Source: a virus
Virus record (IMG/VR): IMGVR_UViG_3300026488_000013
Coordinates: 1 to 64,000 of that record
Length of the DNA: 64,000 nucleotides
Direction: 5' to 3' (one strand)
The notes under the pieces are model-generated. The model searched no databases, was not told the DNA's origin, and saw only the letters and a program-made list of their open reading frames with translations. Positions within the stretch are counted from its first letter, which is position 1. Each line of letters opens with the position of its first letter. The translations under genes were made by a program, and so were the position numbers. Positions 49,982 to 61,757 of the stretch are shown in pieces.

Positions 49982-52609
49982 TTAAACGATGATAATCTTA
50001 ATATTATCAATATTAAAATTAAAGTATGGCGGCGAATATTGTAGTGGTGCTAATTTATTTCCTTTATCAATTTGACTTTTTAACCAGTCATATTCAAATG
50101 ATACATTTGAATATAGTGATACAGCTGGATATTCTACTTTCACATCAAAAATTGAACTTGGATTAGAAACAGATTTCTTAACGATGTTAATTATATCTGA
50201 CTGGGGCAAATTTATTTTATAACCTTGTTTACTCAATAAATATTTAGCTAATTCGGATTTTATGGATAAAATATCATCTTCAGTTATTACCGCATCTTTA
50301 CTTTTACTAATTTTTATTTTTAATGAAATAGGAAATTCTAAATAATCTATTGAACAATTTTTACTATCGGATTGAGGGGTTAGGAAATATTCTGGTTCAC
50401 GAAGCTCTATTGTATTTGGAAATGTTAGCTTGGTTTCTTTACCAACAAGGCGGGTTATATTTTGGTTTAGCCCGTTCAGCAGCGAGGATAATGTTGATGT
50501 AATTACATCTTTGAAATTATCAAAATCTCCCTTAGAAATAAATGGGATAAATGTTATTAAAGGATTTGAAGAATCCTTAGGGTTATTCAATATTTGAAGA
50601 TTAATAGAATCTGATACATCCTTTAAATAAGCTGTATTTAAACTACCACCAAATATAAACTCGCCGGTTGTTCCGTTATACACATCAAACTCTAAATTAA
50701 TATTTTTCATAATATCAGATGCCTGTAATGCTGTCAATGAATCAGTATCTCCTGTCAACAATTCTTTAACAGGAATATTTGTTGAATAACCATTATTTTT
50801 ATTTAATTCATGCACCGAACCGGACGGTGTTTTAATTTTTATCAATGGTGAGTATTCTAAATTAGCATTATTAGATATTACCGCATTTATTGAAAAGTAA
50901 TAATTACCATCCGAATTATCATAATAAAAATTATTAATTTCAAAAATAACACTTGGAGACAAATCTGTGTTATAGTTATTATTCACATTAATAATATTCA
51001 CTGTAAAAGACGATTTATCAATCATATAACCTTTATACTTATTTCTAAGCCTGTCTTTAACATATATAAACGGACTAATTAATTCTATTTTTCTATTTTC
51101 ATATTTATAAATTTGTGTTCTATTTACCAAATTATTTCGAAGCGGCGGGTCAATAGTTATAGTTTTGTCAGTTTCATCAATGTCAACAATAGTATATTCA
51201 GACCCATTTATCAACAATGTGTCGCCAATATTTAAATCCGATACGGTATCCAATTGAATGGTATCTGAACCAGCTAAATAATCATTTTGAACAATATATT
51301 GGGTTGTTGTTTCTTTAGCTTTCATAACATATATATATGTGGGATAGACAACCAAATCTTCATCGGATGGATTAAATTGAGATTCTTCAAGAGTTAAAGT
51401 TGTAGATTTTACGGGCAAATTATTATCCAACTTGATAGGTACAAATAATATTGTATCTGCTCCCGGAAAACCGACAACATTATAGAAATATAAATCTTCA
51501 TCAGATAGATTTCCAAAGTCTATATAATCTTGTTTAGTTATTAGTGTATTATTCGTCCTTATTAACTTAATAACTTCGGTTTTAATTTCCTCAAAATTTT
51601 TAACATCTTTACCAGATGTTAAATTTTGGGTTGAATATAGTTGAACCGTATTAGAATCTGTAATTATCTCATTATCAATATAAATATTGGTATCTAAGGT
51701 ATTTTGGAGAACAAGGCCCTGTGAAATATTGCCCCCACTACCCAATGTTAAATCCAATATTATTTTTAGTTCGGTTCCGCTGGGTAGATACATCCCGTAA
51801 TTGCCGTCGGGTAATACCAGTTCGTATTTATTCAAATCTGTTTGATTTATAAACACAACTAAATCGTTAGGAGTATAAATATATCTCAAACTATCTATTT
51901 TTGCAGCTTTATATTCAGTTTCGTTTGGTAGTTTAATATAGACCCTTATGTTTGAAATTTGGTATTTATTTGAATCATAAAAATCGATGGGTATTTTATA
52001 TGTTGTGCCGTAATTATAAAATGGAACTGTTAATTCATATGTTAATCTTTCCAACTGATAAATATTGTATGCGGGGATTCCAATACAAACATGCTGGCCT
52101 GTGCTTTCTATAACTCCGCCGTATTTTGTTGTGTATGTATTGCTTGTCTTATCGTAATATATACCGACGACAAAACCATTTGATTTGTTATATTTAACCG
52201 TTAAATCTGTATCCACTAATGTAAAAACTATATCATTATATATAAACTTTGTTCCATCTGGAATTTGAATTTTAATTTCCGAATCTTCGGAGTTTTCTAT
52301 TATATACACAGGAACATAAATTTTTATTATCCCGATAAACTCGGCCGGGGTTGCAAATATAACAGGATAGCCAAATAATTTAGCCCATTTTAAAAGGGCG
52401 GGAATAGTTTTGGCAGTGGTGGGTATCGACTCAGAATATAGAAAATCAAAATATCTTTTTGCATCTTCCTGTAAATAGGCCAAGGCATATAAGATATATC
52501 CGATTACACCACTTTTACTGGGTGTTATATTGACTAACCCGAATTTCTCCTTTGCTATGTTGTAAAGTTCTTCAAAAATTTTATCTGCCGTTTTAAGTTG
52601 GTTTACCAT
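49982..52609 (-). CDS. Baseplate wedge protein (T4 gp6 / baseplate J-like)
   Basis: ES...TAK...L..AK.FGY, DGNYG, TLGSGGN and LITKQDY motifs. Confidence 0.75.
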   Translation of the reverse strand: MVNQLKTADKIFEELYNIAKEKFGLVNITPSKSGVIGYILYALAYLQEDAKRYFDFLYSESIPTTAKTIPALLKWAKLFGYPVIFATPAEFIGIIKIYVPVYIIENSEDSEIKIQIPDGTKFIYNDIVFTLVDTDLTVKYNKSNGFVVGIYYDKTSNTYTTKYGGVIESTGQHVCIGIPAYNIYQLERLTYELTVPFYNYGTTYKIPIDFYDSNKYQISNIRVYIKLPNETEYKAAKIDSLRYIYTPNDLVVFINQTDLNKYELVLPDGNYGMYLPSGTELKIILDLTLGSGGNISQGLVLQNTLDTNIYIDNEIITDSNTVQLYSTQNLTSGKDVKNFEEIKTEVIKLIRTNNTLITKQDYIDFGNLSDEDLYFYNVVGFPGADTILFVPIKLDNNLPVKSTTLTLEESQFNPSDEDLVVYPTYIYVMKAKETTTQYIVQNDYLAGSDTIQLDTVSDLNIGDTLLINGSEYTIVDIDETDKTITIDPPLRNNLVNRTQIYKYENRKIELISPFIYVKDRLRNKYKGYMIDKSSFTVNIINVNNNYNTDLSPSVIFEINNFYYDNSDGNYYFSINAVISNNANLEYSPLIKIKTPSGSVHELNKNNGYSTNIPVKELLTGDTDSLTALQASDIMKNINLEFDVYNGTTGEFIFGGSLNTAYLKDVSDSINLQILNNPKDSSNPLITFIPFISKGDFDNFKDVITSTLSSLLNGLNQNITRLVGKETKLTFPNTIELREPEYFLTPQSDSKNCSIDYLEFPISLKIKISKSKDAVITEDDILSIKSELAKYLLSKQGYKINLPQSDIINIVKKSVSNPSSIFDVKVEYPAVSLYSNVSFEYDWLKSQIDKGNKLAPLQYSPPYFNFNIDNIKIIIV

Positions 52610-52634
52610 TTTTTAATTTTCTTTTATTTTTTTC

Positions 52635-53510
52635 TTAGAAATTTGTATAAATGTTAATTATTTGATTTAATTTTTCTAACCAAGGATGGCCGTTAGGTTC
52701 TTGAAGAGTATATCCACGTGCCGCAAGTTCGTAATAAGTAAATTCTGTATATGTAAAAAAGTTATATGAAATAGATACAATTTTTATGTCATTATTATTA
52801 GATAGTGGTTTAACAATATCATTAGGGTTCCTAACATTGGGAATTAAACCAACCATATAACCTAAATATTTCAATTCAAGTATTTGGTCAAATTTAAGGA
52901 TAAACGCTCCGCCAGCGTAATCGATAAATCCATATTTCCACGCAATTTCGTCGGGCATTATCTTTCCCATCTTAACATCTTCGATATAGTCCATCCAAAT
53001 TTTATGAAAAGTATATACCATTAATTCGTTTGTTTCATAATACTCAACAGTTGTAGCGTTAGATACACTAATTTCTTCTATTTTAGGTATCGAACCGTTT
53101 ATTAATTTATCTTCATCTACTTTGGCGGAAAACTGGGGAAGTTGGAAATTGGACACAACAAACGGCAGAGATTTGATTAACGTGAAAAAGAATTTTTGTT
53201 CCTCGTTTTCAGGGGTTTCGAATGGAACACCAAATAATTCTTTATATGGCGGTGCAGATAAATATGGAGGGATTAATATAAATAATGTTAAACCGCCCCA
53301 ATCAGGAGAGAAATATAATCTGTCGGAATAATAATTAAATAAAAATTTTTCAAAGGAATTCCTAAGCTCGTTTTGTGCGAATTTATCTTTCCTGTATTTT
53401 TCTAAATCGTATTTCGAGAATATATACCAAATATTATTAAAAAGTTCGCCTATGTAAGCGTTTCTAATTCTTTCTGTAATATTATCTAAAATAGAACTCA
53501 TTTTATACAA
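52635..53510 (-). CDS. Tail tube / baseplate hub-like structural protein
   Basis: Beta-rich; YYE...VY.F...W pattern of tube-fold proteins; structural gene context. Confidence 0.5.
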   Translation of the reverse strand: MYKMSSILDNITERIRNAYIGELFNNIWYIFSKYDLEKYRKDKFAQNELRNSFEKFLFNYYSDRLYFSPDWGGLTLFILIPPYLSAPPYKELFGVPFETPENEEQKFFFTLIKSLPFVVSNFQLPQFSAKVDEDKLINGSIPKIEEISVSNATTVEYYETNELMVYTFHKIWMDYIEDVKMGKIMPDEIAWKYGFIDYAGGAFILKFDQILELKYLGYMVGLIPNVRNPNDIVKPLSNNNDIKIVSISYNFFTYTEFTYYELAARGYTLQEPNGHPWLEKLNQIINIYTNF

Positions 53511-53556
53511 TTGTTATTTGTGATAAAATAAAAAGGAATGAAAAGGTAACTCAATA

Positions 53557-54852
53557 TTAATATTCTTCATTTTCAGCATGTTCGCAAATATATTTCTGGA
53601 TATAATATGCGATGACAAAATTTATAGCTCTCAAAATATTAATTTGAGAAACTTTAGACATGTTCTCAAAACGTGGTTCTATTATTTTAGCAATTTCGGT
53701 TAATACTTCTTTATAGTATTTAATATCTGGGTTATTTTTACTTCGAATTAAGCTATCGGCATAGATATAAAACTGCGGCGAACACACGATTTTTTTATTC
53801 TCCAATAGATTAAGTTTCCTTATCATTAAAGCTATAACATCCGATAAGTTAACTATAATATCGGGATTTTTCATTTCTAAGGGAATTTTATTAATGACAT
53901 CTTTGCGTATTTTCGTTTTAACATAAATTAGCCGGAATAGTTTTTCTGGGATTTCCGTTTCATCTGTTAACATTATGAAGTGTTTAATTTTGTCTGCAAG
54001 TTCAGAAATAATTGCATCTTGCGATTGCATTAATGAAAGGTTAATATCTTCATCCTCAGAGGGTGTTTGTTCTGATGACGAACATTCTTTATTTTCGTAT
54101 GCCTCATAGTATTTAACTGCCAATCCGCCACGCTTTCCTGACCACAAGAATATTTGGTCTATTCTATTCCAACTTTGTTTAAATAGAGCTTTCAATTTTT
54201 CAACATCCAATGTTTTATAAAATTCTAATGCATATTTAGAAAATAACGTCGGAACAAAATACATTGTTATAAGCTCTAAAGGATTATCATACTTTTTTAA
54301 GAGAGATTTCTCTGATAGTTTATTTTTAATAACACATTTCATTATTTGAGGATTACATTTGACAGTGAAATATCTTTTTAATCTCCCATTCCACAATTTT
54401 ACCAATATTAGAAATAATGGAATTTGAGCCATTTGGATATATAACTTTCTTTTTTGAGGGTCTTGCTCCTTTTTAGCAAGATATAAAAGGGCCGCAATTA
54501 CAGCTAAATTAAAAATATAATAAGGGTCGGAGTGCATTATGTTAGTAGCCTGTTTCTCACCTTTCTTTGTCTTTAACACTAAGTCAGGTTTTAAACCGAA
54601 TAACTTGGCACCTATAACGCTCAATTCGGCCGGGTCTTCTATCCCTATCTTTTTAGCTAATCTTAATACATAATCCAGCGGAGTTCGAAATGTTCCGCAA
54701 TATCCCTGTGTTTTTATTAGTCCAGATTGTGACCTCACCACTCCCAAAATATGTTTAAGTCTTGTAAAAAAATCGTCAGGATTTTTTTCTATATAATCTG
54801 CAATCTTATACACAAGGATTTTAAATTCTTCCGGAGCATTTTTAATTTCCAT
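53557..54852 (-). CDS. Hypothetical protein
   Basis: 431-aa ORF. Confidence 0.75.
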   Translation of the reverse strand: MEIKNAPEEFKILVYKIADYIEKNPDDFFTRLKHILGVVRSQSGLIKTQGYCGTFRTPLDYVLRLAKKIGIEDPAELSVIGAKLFGLKPDLVLKTKKGEKQATNIMHSDPYYIFNLAVIAALLYLAKKEQDPQKRKLYIQMAQIPLFLILVKLWNGRLKRYFTVKCNPQIMKCVIKNKLSEKSLLKKYDNPLELITMYFVPTLFSKYALEFYKTLDVEKLKALFKQSWNRIDQIFLWSGKRGGLAVKYYEAYENKECSSSEQTPSEDEDINLSLMQSQDAIISELADKIKHFIMLTDETEIPEKLFRLIYVKTKIRKDVINKIPLEMKNPDIIVNLSDVIALMIRKLNLLENKKIVCSPQFYIYADSLIRSKNNPDIKYYKEVLTEIAKIIEPRFENMSKVSQINILRAINFVIAYYIQKYICEHAENEEY

Positions 54853-54913
54853 AATTTACAACCCCCTCTAACGAGAGAAAAAAATAAAAGTTGAAACAGC
54901 CAAAATTCAATTT

Positions 54914-55648
54914 TTATTCTATACTATATTTATCCGTATATGAAAACAACTCTTGTGCAAATTCGTTTAAAGCACATATTGTTTCCAAAGCAACACTATC
55001 AACTTCTTCAATTTTAGTATCATTATTTTGTTCTTTATTAGATTTATTATTTTCTTTCTTTTTTCTCCTTTTATAAGCTTCCATTAATGAAATTATTTCG
55101 GGTGCTCCCAAAAATTGTTCCATCACAAATACCGTAAATACATCTGCTTTAATTTTGGATTTAAATCTATTTAAGTTATCAGCTTCAAAAATTTTCTCAA
55201 TATCTTCTCCTAATTCACTATATATTTTTTTTACTATTTCTGCTGCCTCTTCTAAATATTCTTTCACAATTTGCCTTTTTATATTTTCAAACATAAAATC
55301 ATCGCTGTGAGGATACAACTCTGATACTATTATTTTAAATACATTTATAGGCATTTGATTTTCAGCTATTGTCCTTTCATGTATTAAATTTGCCAAATAT
55401 GATAATGCATAATCTTTCTTATTATTTAAAGACTCTATTATTTGTTCGGGTATTTCTTCTATTATTTTTTTGCCTATCAATATATTCACTGCCTCATTTA
55501 AAATATCTGACAGAACATCTATAAATGCTTCATCAATAGGTTCTATTATATCATCAAAATTTTTGCTGGATAATTCCTCCTTATTCTCAAACAAGGGAGA
55601 ATTGAAAAAGTTGTAGAGTGTGGTTATTTGTCTCATTAGATAATTCAT
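54914..55648 (-). CDS. Hypothetical protein
   Basis: 244-aa ORF with GGAGG RBS. Confidence 0.7.
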   Translation of the reverse strand: MNYLMRQITTLYNFFNSPLFENKEELSSKNFDDIIEPIDEAFIDVLSDILNEAVNILIGKKIIEEIPEQIIESLNNKKDYALSYLANLIHERTIAENQMPINVFKIIVSELYPHSDDFMFENIKRQIVKEYLEEAAEIVKKIYSELGEDIEKIFEADNLNRFKSKIKADVFTVFVMEQFLGAPEIISLMEAYKRRKKKENNKSNKEQNNDTKIEEVDSVALETICALNEFAQELFSYTDKYSIE

Positions 55649-55686
55649 CCTTCATTAACCTCCCTTTTTCTTTTTTCTAATGTTAA

Positions 55687-58179
55687 TTATTTTTTAAATT
55701 GTTCAAATAGAGGAATTTTTAAAAATTCCTCTATTGTTTTAATTTTTGTTTTTTGTGCTTTATTCATGAAAGGCATAATATACAAAACACTACCATCGCT
55801 ATGATTGTATGTAATTATTGATGAAAACTTAAATATTCTATTTAAGACTGTAACAACATATTTTTTATTTTGCTGGGAGAAATCCAATTTTTTATCGGGC
55901 GGCGCTTCCTCAAAATCTTCTCCCAATATTTCTATAACTTTTTCACACTCGGGGTCAGATATGTTATCAGGTTTATTTTTACATTCTAAATATTTATCAA
56001 TAAGTATTTTGGTGTAAAAGGTATTTATGAAATTTAGAACCCTATCATCGAAAATAAGAACATAGTTTAGTTTAAGTTCTTTATTCATTTTCTCAAATAT
56101 TGAAGTAAAATCAATGTGTTCCTCAGCTTTTTCCTTATAATATTTGAACGCATCGGGGAAGTTCGTTATTATTAAGTAAAGCATCAAAACTCTATAAAGA
56201 TATAACGATAATAATAATAAAAACATAAATTCATATAACACTTTTACATTCTTAATAGATAATTCAATTATTTCTCTTATAGAATCTTTTATAGATGAAA
56301 TTAGAAAAGGTTCGGTTCTCAACAACCTCTTAATTCTTTCATCGGCCAATACTTCATTTATTAGCTGATTTGTTAATTTATTTCTTATTTCCCCATCTAC
56401 ATAATTTTGATAAAATTCTCTAACCTTCCTCTTATATTCCGAATAAATTTTTATAAAGACATTTCTGAGTGCAGAATCTATTAATTCTGTATTAAATTCT
56501 ATCGGTATGTTTTTATTGTTGGAAATTTTTCTATTTATCTCTTTGGTCACAGTTAAAAAAACTTCCTTAAAAACACCGTAGGGGTCTTTAACAGTTAACA
56601 TTTTATTATCTATTACTGAATTTATAGTATCTTTGAGTATGTCTGCAAGTACTGCACCAAATTCTTTGTCAGTTTGCTTTAGATAACTTAAACAATTCTC
56701 TATCAGCATATTTAGCAATGTATCACCATTATTTCTTCCCAAAAATATTTTTACCTCAGAATGCGACTTAAATAGATTTTTAAATACCCTTGATATATCA
56801 GCAAAAGAAATATTCGTTATGGGGTCAACAACATCCTTTTTCCAATCAGAATGGATAAAATTGCTTAACGAATTTCTACTATCGTATTCCTTAATTAATT
56901 CAAAGATTTGATACCTCAAATTTTCATACAATGCATCATCTATAGTAAATATCGAGCATAGTATTGTAGATAACAATGCGTTATACGAATTATCAAGTAG
57001 GTAAACAATTTTATTTATCATATCGGCCGGCGATAATCCTCCTGCAGTTGTCATAGGTAATATTAATCTTACAATTCTTTCAGCTATCAAATCTTTCTCC
57101 ATTTTTTTAACAATCAACATTACATTATCGATTAGATATTTTTTATCAATTTTCAAAAGTCTAAATATATCTTCATGTTCAGAATATAACTGTTCGGCCA
57201 ACCGCTGAACGATATATTCGATAACTTTGTTTCTTATTATACTTTCAATTTCCTCCTTACTTAAGGGTTTTTGGTTGGTATTTTTTAACATTCCGAGAGA
57301 TTGATGGATAAAGTCGCTCATAACTAATTTCAATTGATTAAGTGCGTTTTGGATTTTTTGGTCTAAAAGAACCGCATATTTAAATATTTCATTCTGTTCG
57401 TCTACAGTTACATATGCATATTGTTTATCTACCAGATACTTTGATATAAACTCCCTTAAATCATCATACGACGGTTTGTCTGTTTTCTTCATAAATTCCG
57501 CAAACTCATATACAAAACCCCTTTTAATAATATCTTCTATTTCGTTAAGAGATTTCACATCCATTATAGGTTTATCAATTAACAAAGCAATAAGAAGAAT
57601 TATTCCTAATGCATCATCATCTGCTTGGAACTTTTTGGTTCCCACAAATACCGGAAATAAAATTCCTTTATATAAATAAAACCCAGCTTCAATTTTATAT
57701 TGTTCGTAATATGGGTCTTTATTTACTATTTTTTCTACGGTTTTATATAATTTTTTTATAGTATCTTGTATTCCATTCAGTTCGTTATCCGATAATGTTA
57801 TTATAGGGATAGTTGTTGAAGAAAGAGCTATAGTTCTATAAAAAGAAATTAATCTATCTATCTTTTCATCGTCAATGTTATTTATTTTATTCTTTAATAC
57901 GTTTTCTATACCAGATATTACATTACTCTTAATTGTGTTAAATTTCTCTAAGTCTGCCAATAATTCATCAAATGTTTCATCAAAATTTTGCATGAATAGT
58001 TCTTTTATTAGTGATTTGGCAAAGAAGCGGCGAAGTTTTTCTTCTACCTCGCCATCATTCGCAATAGACTGTGAAATAAGTGCAGGATATATAAACACAA
58101 TATTTTTAAACACGCTCGACAATTTATTAATATCGGTAGTTAATAATTTCTCTACATTTCCGACCGACTTGACGCCCAT
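55687..58179 (-). CDS. Large helical hypothetical protein, possibly virion-associated
   Basis: 830-aa ORF in the structural cluster. Confidence 0.7.
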   Translation of the reverse strand: MGVKSVGNVEKLLTTDINKLSSVFKNIVFIYPALISQSIANDGEVEEKLRRFFAKSLIKELFMQNFDETFDELLADLEKFNTIKSNVISGIENVLKNKINNIDDEKIDRLISFYRTIALSSTTIPIITLSDNELNGIQDTIKKLYKTVEKIVNKDPYYEQYKIEAGFYLYKGILFPVFVGTKKFQADDDALGIILLIALLIDKPIMDVKSLNEIEDIIKRGFVYEFAEFMKKTDKPSYDDLREFISKYLVDKQYAYVTVDEQNEIFKYAVLLDQKIQNALNQLKLVMSDFIHQSLGMLKNTNQKPLSKEEIESIIRNKVIEYIVQRLAEQLYSEHEDIFRLLKIDKKYLIDNVMLIVKKMEKDLIAERIVRLILPMTTAGGLSPADMINKIVYLLDNSYNALLSTILCSIFTIDDALYENLRYQIFELIKEYDSRNSLSNFIHSDWKKDVVDPITNISFADISRVFKNLFKSHSEVKIFLGRNNGDTLLNMLIENCLSYLKQTDKEFGAVLADILKDTINSVIDNKMLTVKDPYGVFKEVFLTVTKEINRKISNNKNIPIEFNTELIDSALRNVFIKIYSEYKRKVREFYQNYVDGEIRNKLTNQLINEVLADERIKRLLRTEPFLISSIKDSIREIIELSIKNVKVLYEFMFLLLLSLYLYRVLMLYLIITNFPDAFKYYKEKAEEHIDFTSIFEKMNKELKLNYVLIFDDRVLNFINTFYTKILIDKYLECKNKPDNISDPECEKVIEILGEDFEEAPPDKKLDFSQQNKKYVVTVLNRIFKFSSIITYNHSDGSVLYIMPFMNKAQKTKIKTIEEFLKIPLFEQFKK

Positions 58180-58196
58180 TTCTTAACCCCACTATT

Positions 58197-58397
58197 TTAA
58201 AACTTATTTCGTTTTAACTTATGCAATGGTATCATAAAGTCGCAATAAAAATGATTATCCAGATGATTGTTATTTACTGAATTAGGATTTGTATTATCGG
58301 CTATTTTCTTACCAAAATTTTGTTTTTTATTAATATCCGTATTAGACTCTAAATCGGAAGAAAGTGTAAAAATATCAAAATTTCGGATGCTACTCAT
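58197..58397 (-). CDS. Small hypothetical protein
   Basis: 66-aa ORF, co-oriented with neighbours. Confidence 0.45.
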   Translation of the reverse strand: MSSIRNFDIFTLSSDLESNTDINKKQNFGKKIADNTNPNSVNNNHLDNHFYCDFMIPLHKLKRNKF

Positions 58398-58457
58398 ATT
58401 TGAAAATAACTCTTTAATTTTGCAAAATTAAAGAAGGGAAGGAAAATATTAAAGATT

Positions 58458-58703
58458 TTAAATCAAGTCATTTTTTCCTATTTTCATATGAATACCTCTT
58501 TCTTTCATTCTTTTGATAACCGCTTCTGCATACTTCATAAGTATTTTTCTTTTTAGTTCCTTAGCCTTTTCCATATACATTTTATATTGGTCATATAGAG
58601 GGTCGCCCTGCGATTTCGCCATTTTAATAGCTAGCGCCGATACCAAAGCTTTTTGTTTTACTTCGGGAGTAAGAGTTCTTTTGGTAGTATTGTCTATCGC
58701 CAT
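58458..58703 (-). CDS. Small hypothetical protein
   Basis: 81 aa with AGGAGG RBS. Confidence 0.7.
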   Translation of the reverse strand: MAIDNTTKRTLTPEVKQKALVSALAIKMAKSQGDPLYDQYKMYMEKAKELKRKILMKYAEAVIKRMKERGIHMKIGKNDLI

Positions 58704-58753
58704 AATTATTTAACCTCCTTCTTAATTAGTTATAAATTTGAAAATTTTTTAAA

Positions 58754-59767
58754 TTATTTAGATTTTTTGGAATTCCTTTTACTGTTTTCTTTATCTTTCT
58801 TTAATTTTTCCAATTTTTTATTGTAATCTGATACAATACCTAAAATTACATCTTTCAATTTTTCCCTATAGTCATATAAAACATCTTTTTCATCTTTATA
58901 CACATTTTCAACTAATATAATATAAAGCTTGACTAAATCACCGAAAGTTTTATAAAATTCGTTGCAATTACTGCTACTGGCTTTTGTAATAGTCACTATC
59001 GATATAACATCTGGATTAGTGGCAAGTTCTCCCAATTTATTTATGTCACTTATCAAACTCATAAATTCTTTATTATCTAATAAACATTTCAAATAAAAAT
59101 CTAAGTTTATTTTGATTGATTCGAGTAAATATCTAAGTAAACATTTTATAACTGCGGAATTCTTAATGGATTCAATATTATATGTAGATAATGGTATGTG
59201 AGACAAGAATTGATGTTTAATGGCGGCGGTTCCTAATTCGGTATCGATGTTGGATTTATTAATACCCATTATTGTGCCAAATACTAATTTCGTGATGCCT
59301 TTAAAATCCTTTTCTATAAACAGCAATCTACATTGTTTTGGGAGCATATCAAACGCTCTTTCGAAAGCGACGGTCAATTCGGTATTTTTGCGTATTCTAT
59401 TTGCAATATTATTAAGAATTACTACCAAATGTCTTTTTAATTCATTATATGCTTTTAAAACGAAAGGTAGTGTGGCAAGGATACTATAAAAAATGAGCCC
59501 CTCTTCTATTATTTCATTTTCTTCATTCAAATTTGCATTTACACCTAAATGTTTTTTTCCAAGATAGTTAATTAATTTCTCATGGTCGTAATTTTCATTT
59601 ACAATAACATTATATAAATCCGATTTTGTAAAGTTATCCTCTATATAAACTTTTAATAAAAAATTCTCTATTTGCTCTATAGATTCTAAATTTAAATAAG
59701 AAGAAAAATAATTCCGTAAAAAATCGTTAATTATCTCTTGATTCTTCGTATTATCTGTTATCATCAC
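58754..59767 (-). CDS. Hypothetical protein
   Basis: 337-aa ORF. Confidence 0.7.
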   Translation of the reverse strand: MMITDNTKNQEIINDFLRNYFSSYLNLESIEQIENFLLKVYIEDNFTKSDLYNVIVNENYDHEKLINYLGKKHLGVNANLNEENEIIEEGLIFYSILATLPFVLKAYNELKRHLVVILNNIANRIRKNTELTVAFERAFDMLPKQCRLLFIEKDFKGITKLVFGTIMGINKSNIDTELGTAAIKHQFLSHIPLSTYNIESIKNSAVIKCLLRYLLESIKINLDFYLKCLLDNKEFMSLISDINKLGELATNPDVISIVTITKASSSNCNEFYKTFGDLVKLYIILVENVYKDEKDVLYDYREKLKDVILGIVSDYNKKLEKLKKDKENSKRNSKKSK

Positions 59768-61136
59768 TATCTGGCTCCGCAGTTGAGTTTATTAATTCGT
59801 TATTTTCTGAGGATTTTACTATCCCTAGCTCTTTCATTTTGCTATAAAACTCAGAATTAGGATTGAGCCAGCTATCAATTCTTTCTTTTATCGATATTTC
59901 CAAAACCTTATCAAAATATTCTCTAAATTCTTCATCTTCTAGATATTTCTTATAAATATCAGCTTTACTTCTAAACGAATATTGAATGTCTGGTAGCTTG
60001 GGATGGAATATTTTATTTCCCTGAATGGGTAAAGGGGCGGATTCTTCATACAGTTTTCTTATTTGTGCAGGAACATCTGTTTTGTTCAACAATTTATTTT
60101 CATATGGCATTCTGTTTGATAGGAAATGATAGTGCGACCAGAAAGAATTTAACCCTGTTAGTTTATCAAATACAACTTCTATTGTTAATCCTGAAGCGGG
60201 GGTTAATTTAGATTTATCCAATGATATTTTCAATATCCAACCCATTATTCCCGGATATTTATGTATTATTTCTTCCCCTTTCTCCATAAACAACCACTGT
60301 CTGCCTTTGTGTTCTATAGCTTTTGCTGATGTAGCAGTTTTTAAATCTTTATGTTGGACTGTTGTTTTGGAAGATGCTCCCCTCGGGGAAATTTGAATAT
60401 TTGCTCTAACTTGGTCTAGCAGTATTAGTCCTGTGTTAGTTTGTTCACATTCATATACTATAGCTGATAGATACTCTTGAAGAGTATATGCTTTCACACC
60501 CTTTTGTTTTATCAACTCTTTGTTTTCCTTTAAATACATATACATTTCATCTGGAATGGATTCTGCTAAACTATCCCAAATTAACAACGCCGGGACGGGC
60601 TCTTTATTGTTTGCTTTTTCAGTTTCTGTTTTTCTTTTTAATATCTCTGAAATCACATCGTATATCTTAGACAATAACTTTATACCGGGCAAATAAATAA
60701 ACCTTTTCCTGTATTTCGGGTCGTTGATATTTATTCCGAACTGAGCCAATCTTTTAATAACCAAATAATCATTCAGGGATTTGTTAATGAGGGGCGGATT
60801 TTCCACATCTAAATATATTACGATTGCTTCTGGGTGTTCTTTCAGCAGTCTGGCGGCAACTTGCAGTGATATAGTAGATTTTCCTGTTTCGGGCGGTGAT
60901 GTTAATGCAGATACCATTCCGGTTACAAAACCACCCCCTAACAACGCATCCAATGTTCTAACACCTGTTGAAATATAAACAGGTTCATATGTATTAACCA
61001 TTTTTGAATAAATTTCACTATAAACAAAATCGTATAAAGAATCAGCTATAGCGTCCGTGTTAGATGTAACGTTATTTTTTTCTTCTTCAATAATTTTCTC
61101 TATATTTTCCTTAACTCTTTTCTTTTTTCTAGCCAT
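59751..61136 (-). CDS. uvsX: UvsX/RecA-like recombinase
   Basis: ISTGV..LDALLGGG, PPETGKST, YLDVE, WDSLA, LDQVR. Confidence 0.85.
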   Translation of the reverse strand: MARKKKRVKENIEKIIEEEKNNVTSNTDAIADSLYDFVYSEIYSKMVNTYEPVYISTGVRTLDALLGGGFVTGMVSALTSPPETGKSTISLQVAARLLKEHPEAIVIYLDVENPPLINKSLNDYLVIKRLAQFGININDPKYRKRFIYLPGIKLLSKIYDVISEILKRKTETEKANNKEPVPALLIWDSLAESIPDEMYMYLKENKELIKQKGVKAYTLQEYLSAIVYECEQTNTGLILLDQVRANIQISPRGASSKTTVQHKDLKTATSAKAIEHKGRQWLFMEKGEEIIHKYPGIMGWILKISLDKSKLTPASGLTIEVVFDKLTGLNSFWSHYHFLSNRMPYENKLLNKTDVPAQIRKLYEESAPLPIQGNKIFHPKLPDIQYSFRSKADIYKKYLEDEEFREYFDKVLEISIKERIDSWLNPNSEFYSKMKELGIVKSSENNELINSTAEPDSDDNR

Positions 61137-61166
61137 TATAGTGGTATATAATTTCCATAGATGAAA

Positions 61167-61757
61167 TCAAATCGATTTCATTTCGTCCGGTAAATCAATA
61201 TCTTCTATTAGTTCATCATTTTTATCATACCCCTGGTTATCCATTATTAAAGAATCATCAGAATTTTTTTGTGCCTGATGTTGAATTGTGGAACCTTGAG
61301 CAGAAATTTTTAATATAAATTCGTTAAGAATATCTTTAATGGACGAATCGTCTTTTTCTTTACTCAATTCTTTATAGGTTTTTATCATTTGGTCTATATA
61401 TTTTATTTGGTAATTTGCTATCATCTCATAATATTTCTGCAAAATAGCTTCTATATCTGCTCGTGATTCATAAAGTTTTTTTACCAAATCTATCCTATTG
61501 GCTATATTTCTTCTTAAAACATTATACAATGAATGGTTCTTTTTTCTTTTTGCGTCTTCGGCAGCCAATCTCAGTTCATCTATTTCACTATTCAGCATTT
61601 CAATCTTCTCACTTATGTTGTTCAACTCTTTTACGGTATCTTTAATTCTATTGAACAATTCAATATCAAATAAACCATCTAAATTATTTTTAACTTCTTT
61701 GAGTGTATCTAAAATTTGCTCCGGAGTTAATTGAATTTTATTTTTTTCTTTACTCAT
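61167..61757 (-). CDS. Coiled-coil hypothetical protein
   Basis: 196-aa ORF. Confidence 0.65.
   Translation of the reverse strand: MSKEKNKIQLTPEQILDTLKEVKNNLDGLFDIELFNRIKDTVKELNNISEKIEMLNSEIDELRLAAEDAKRKKNHSLYNVLRRNIANRIDLVKKLYESRADIEAILQKYYEMIANYQIKYIDQMIKTYKELSKEKDDSSIKDILNEFILKISAQGSTIQHQAQKNSDDSLIMDNQGYDKNDELIEDIDLPDEMKSI

Noticed and set aside
39480-58745. TTAAG or TTTCAAA as a late-promoter motif
   Set aside because: Spacing is variable and the words are too common at this AT content
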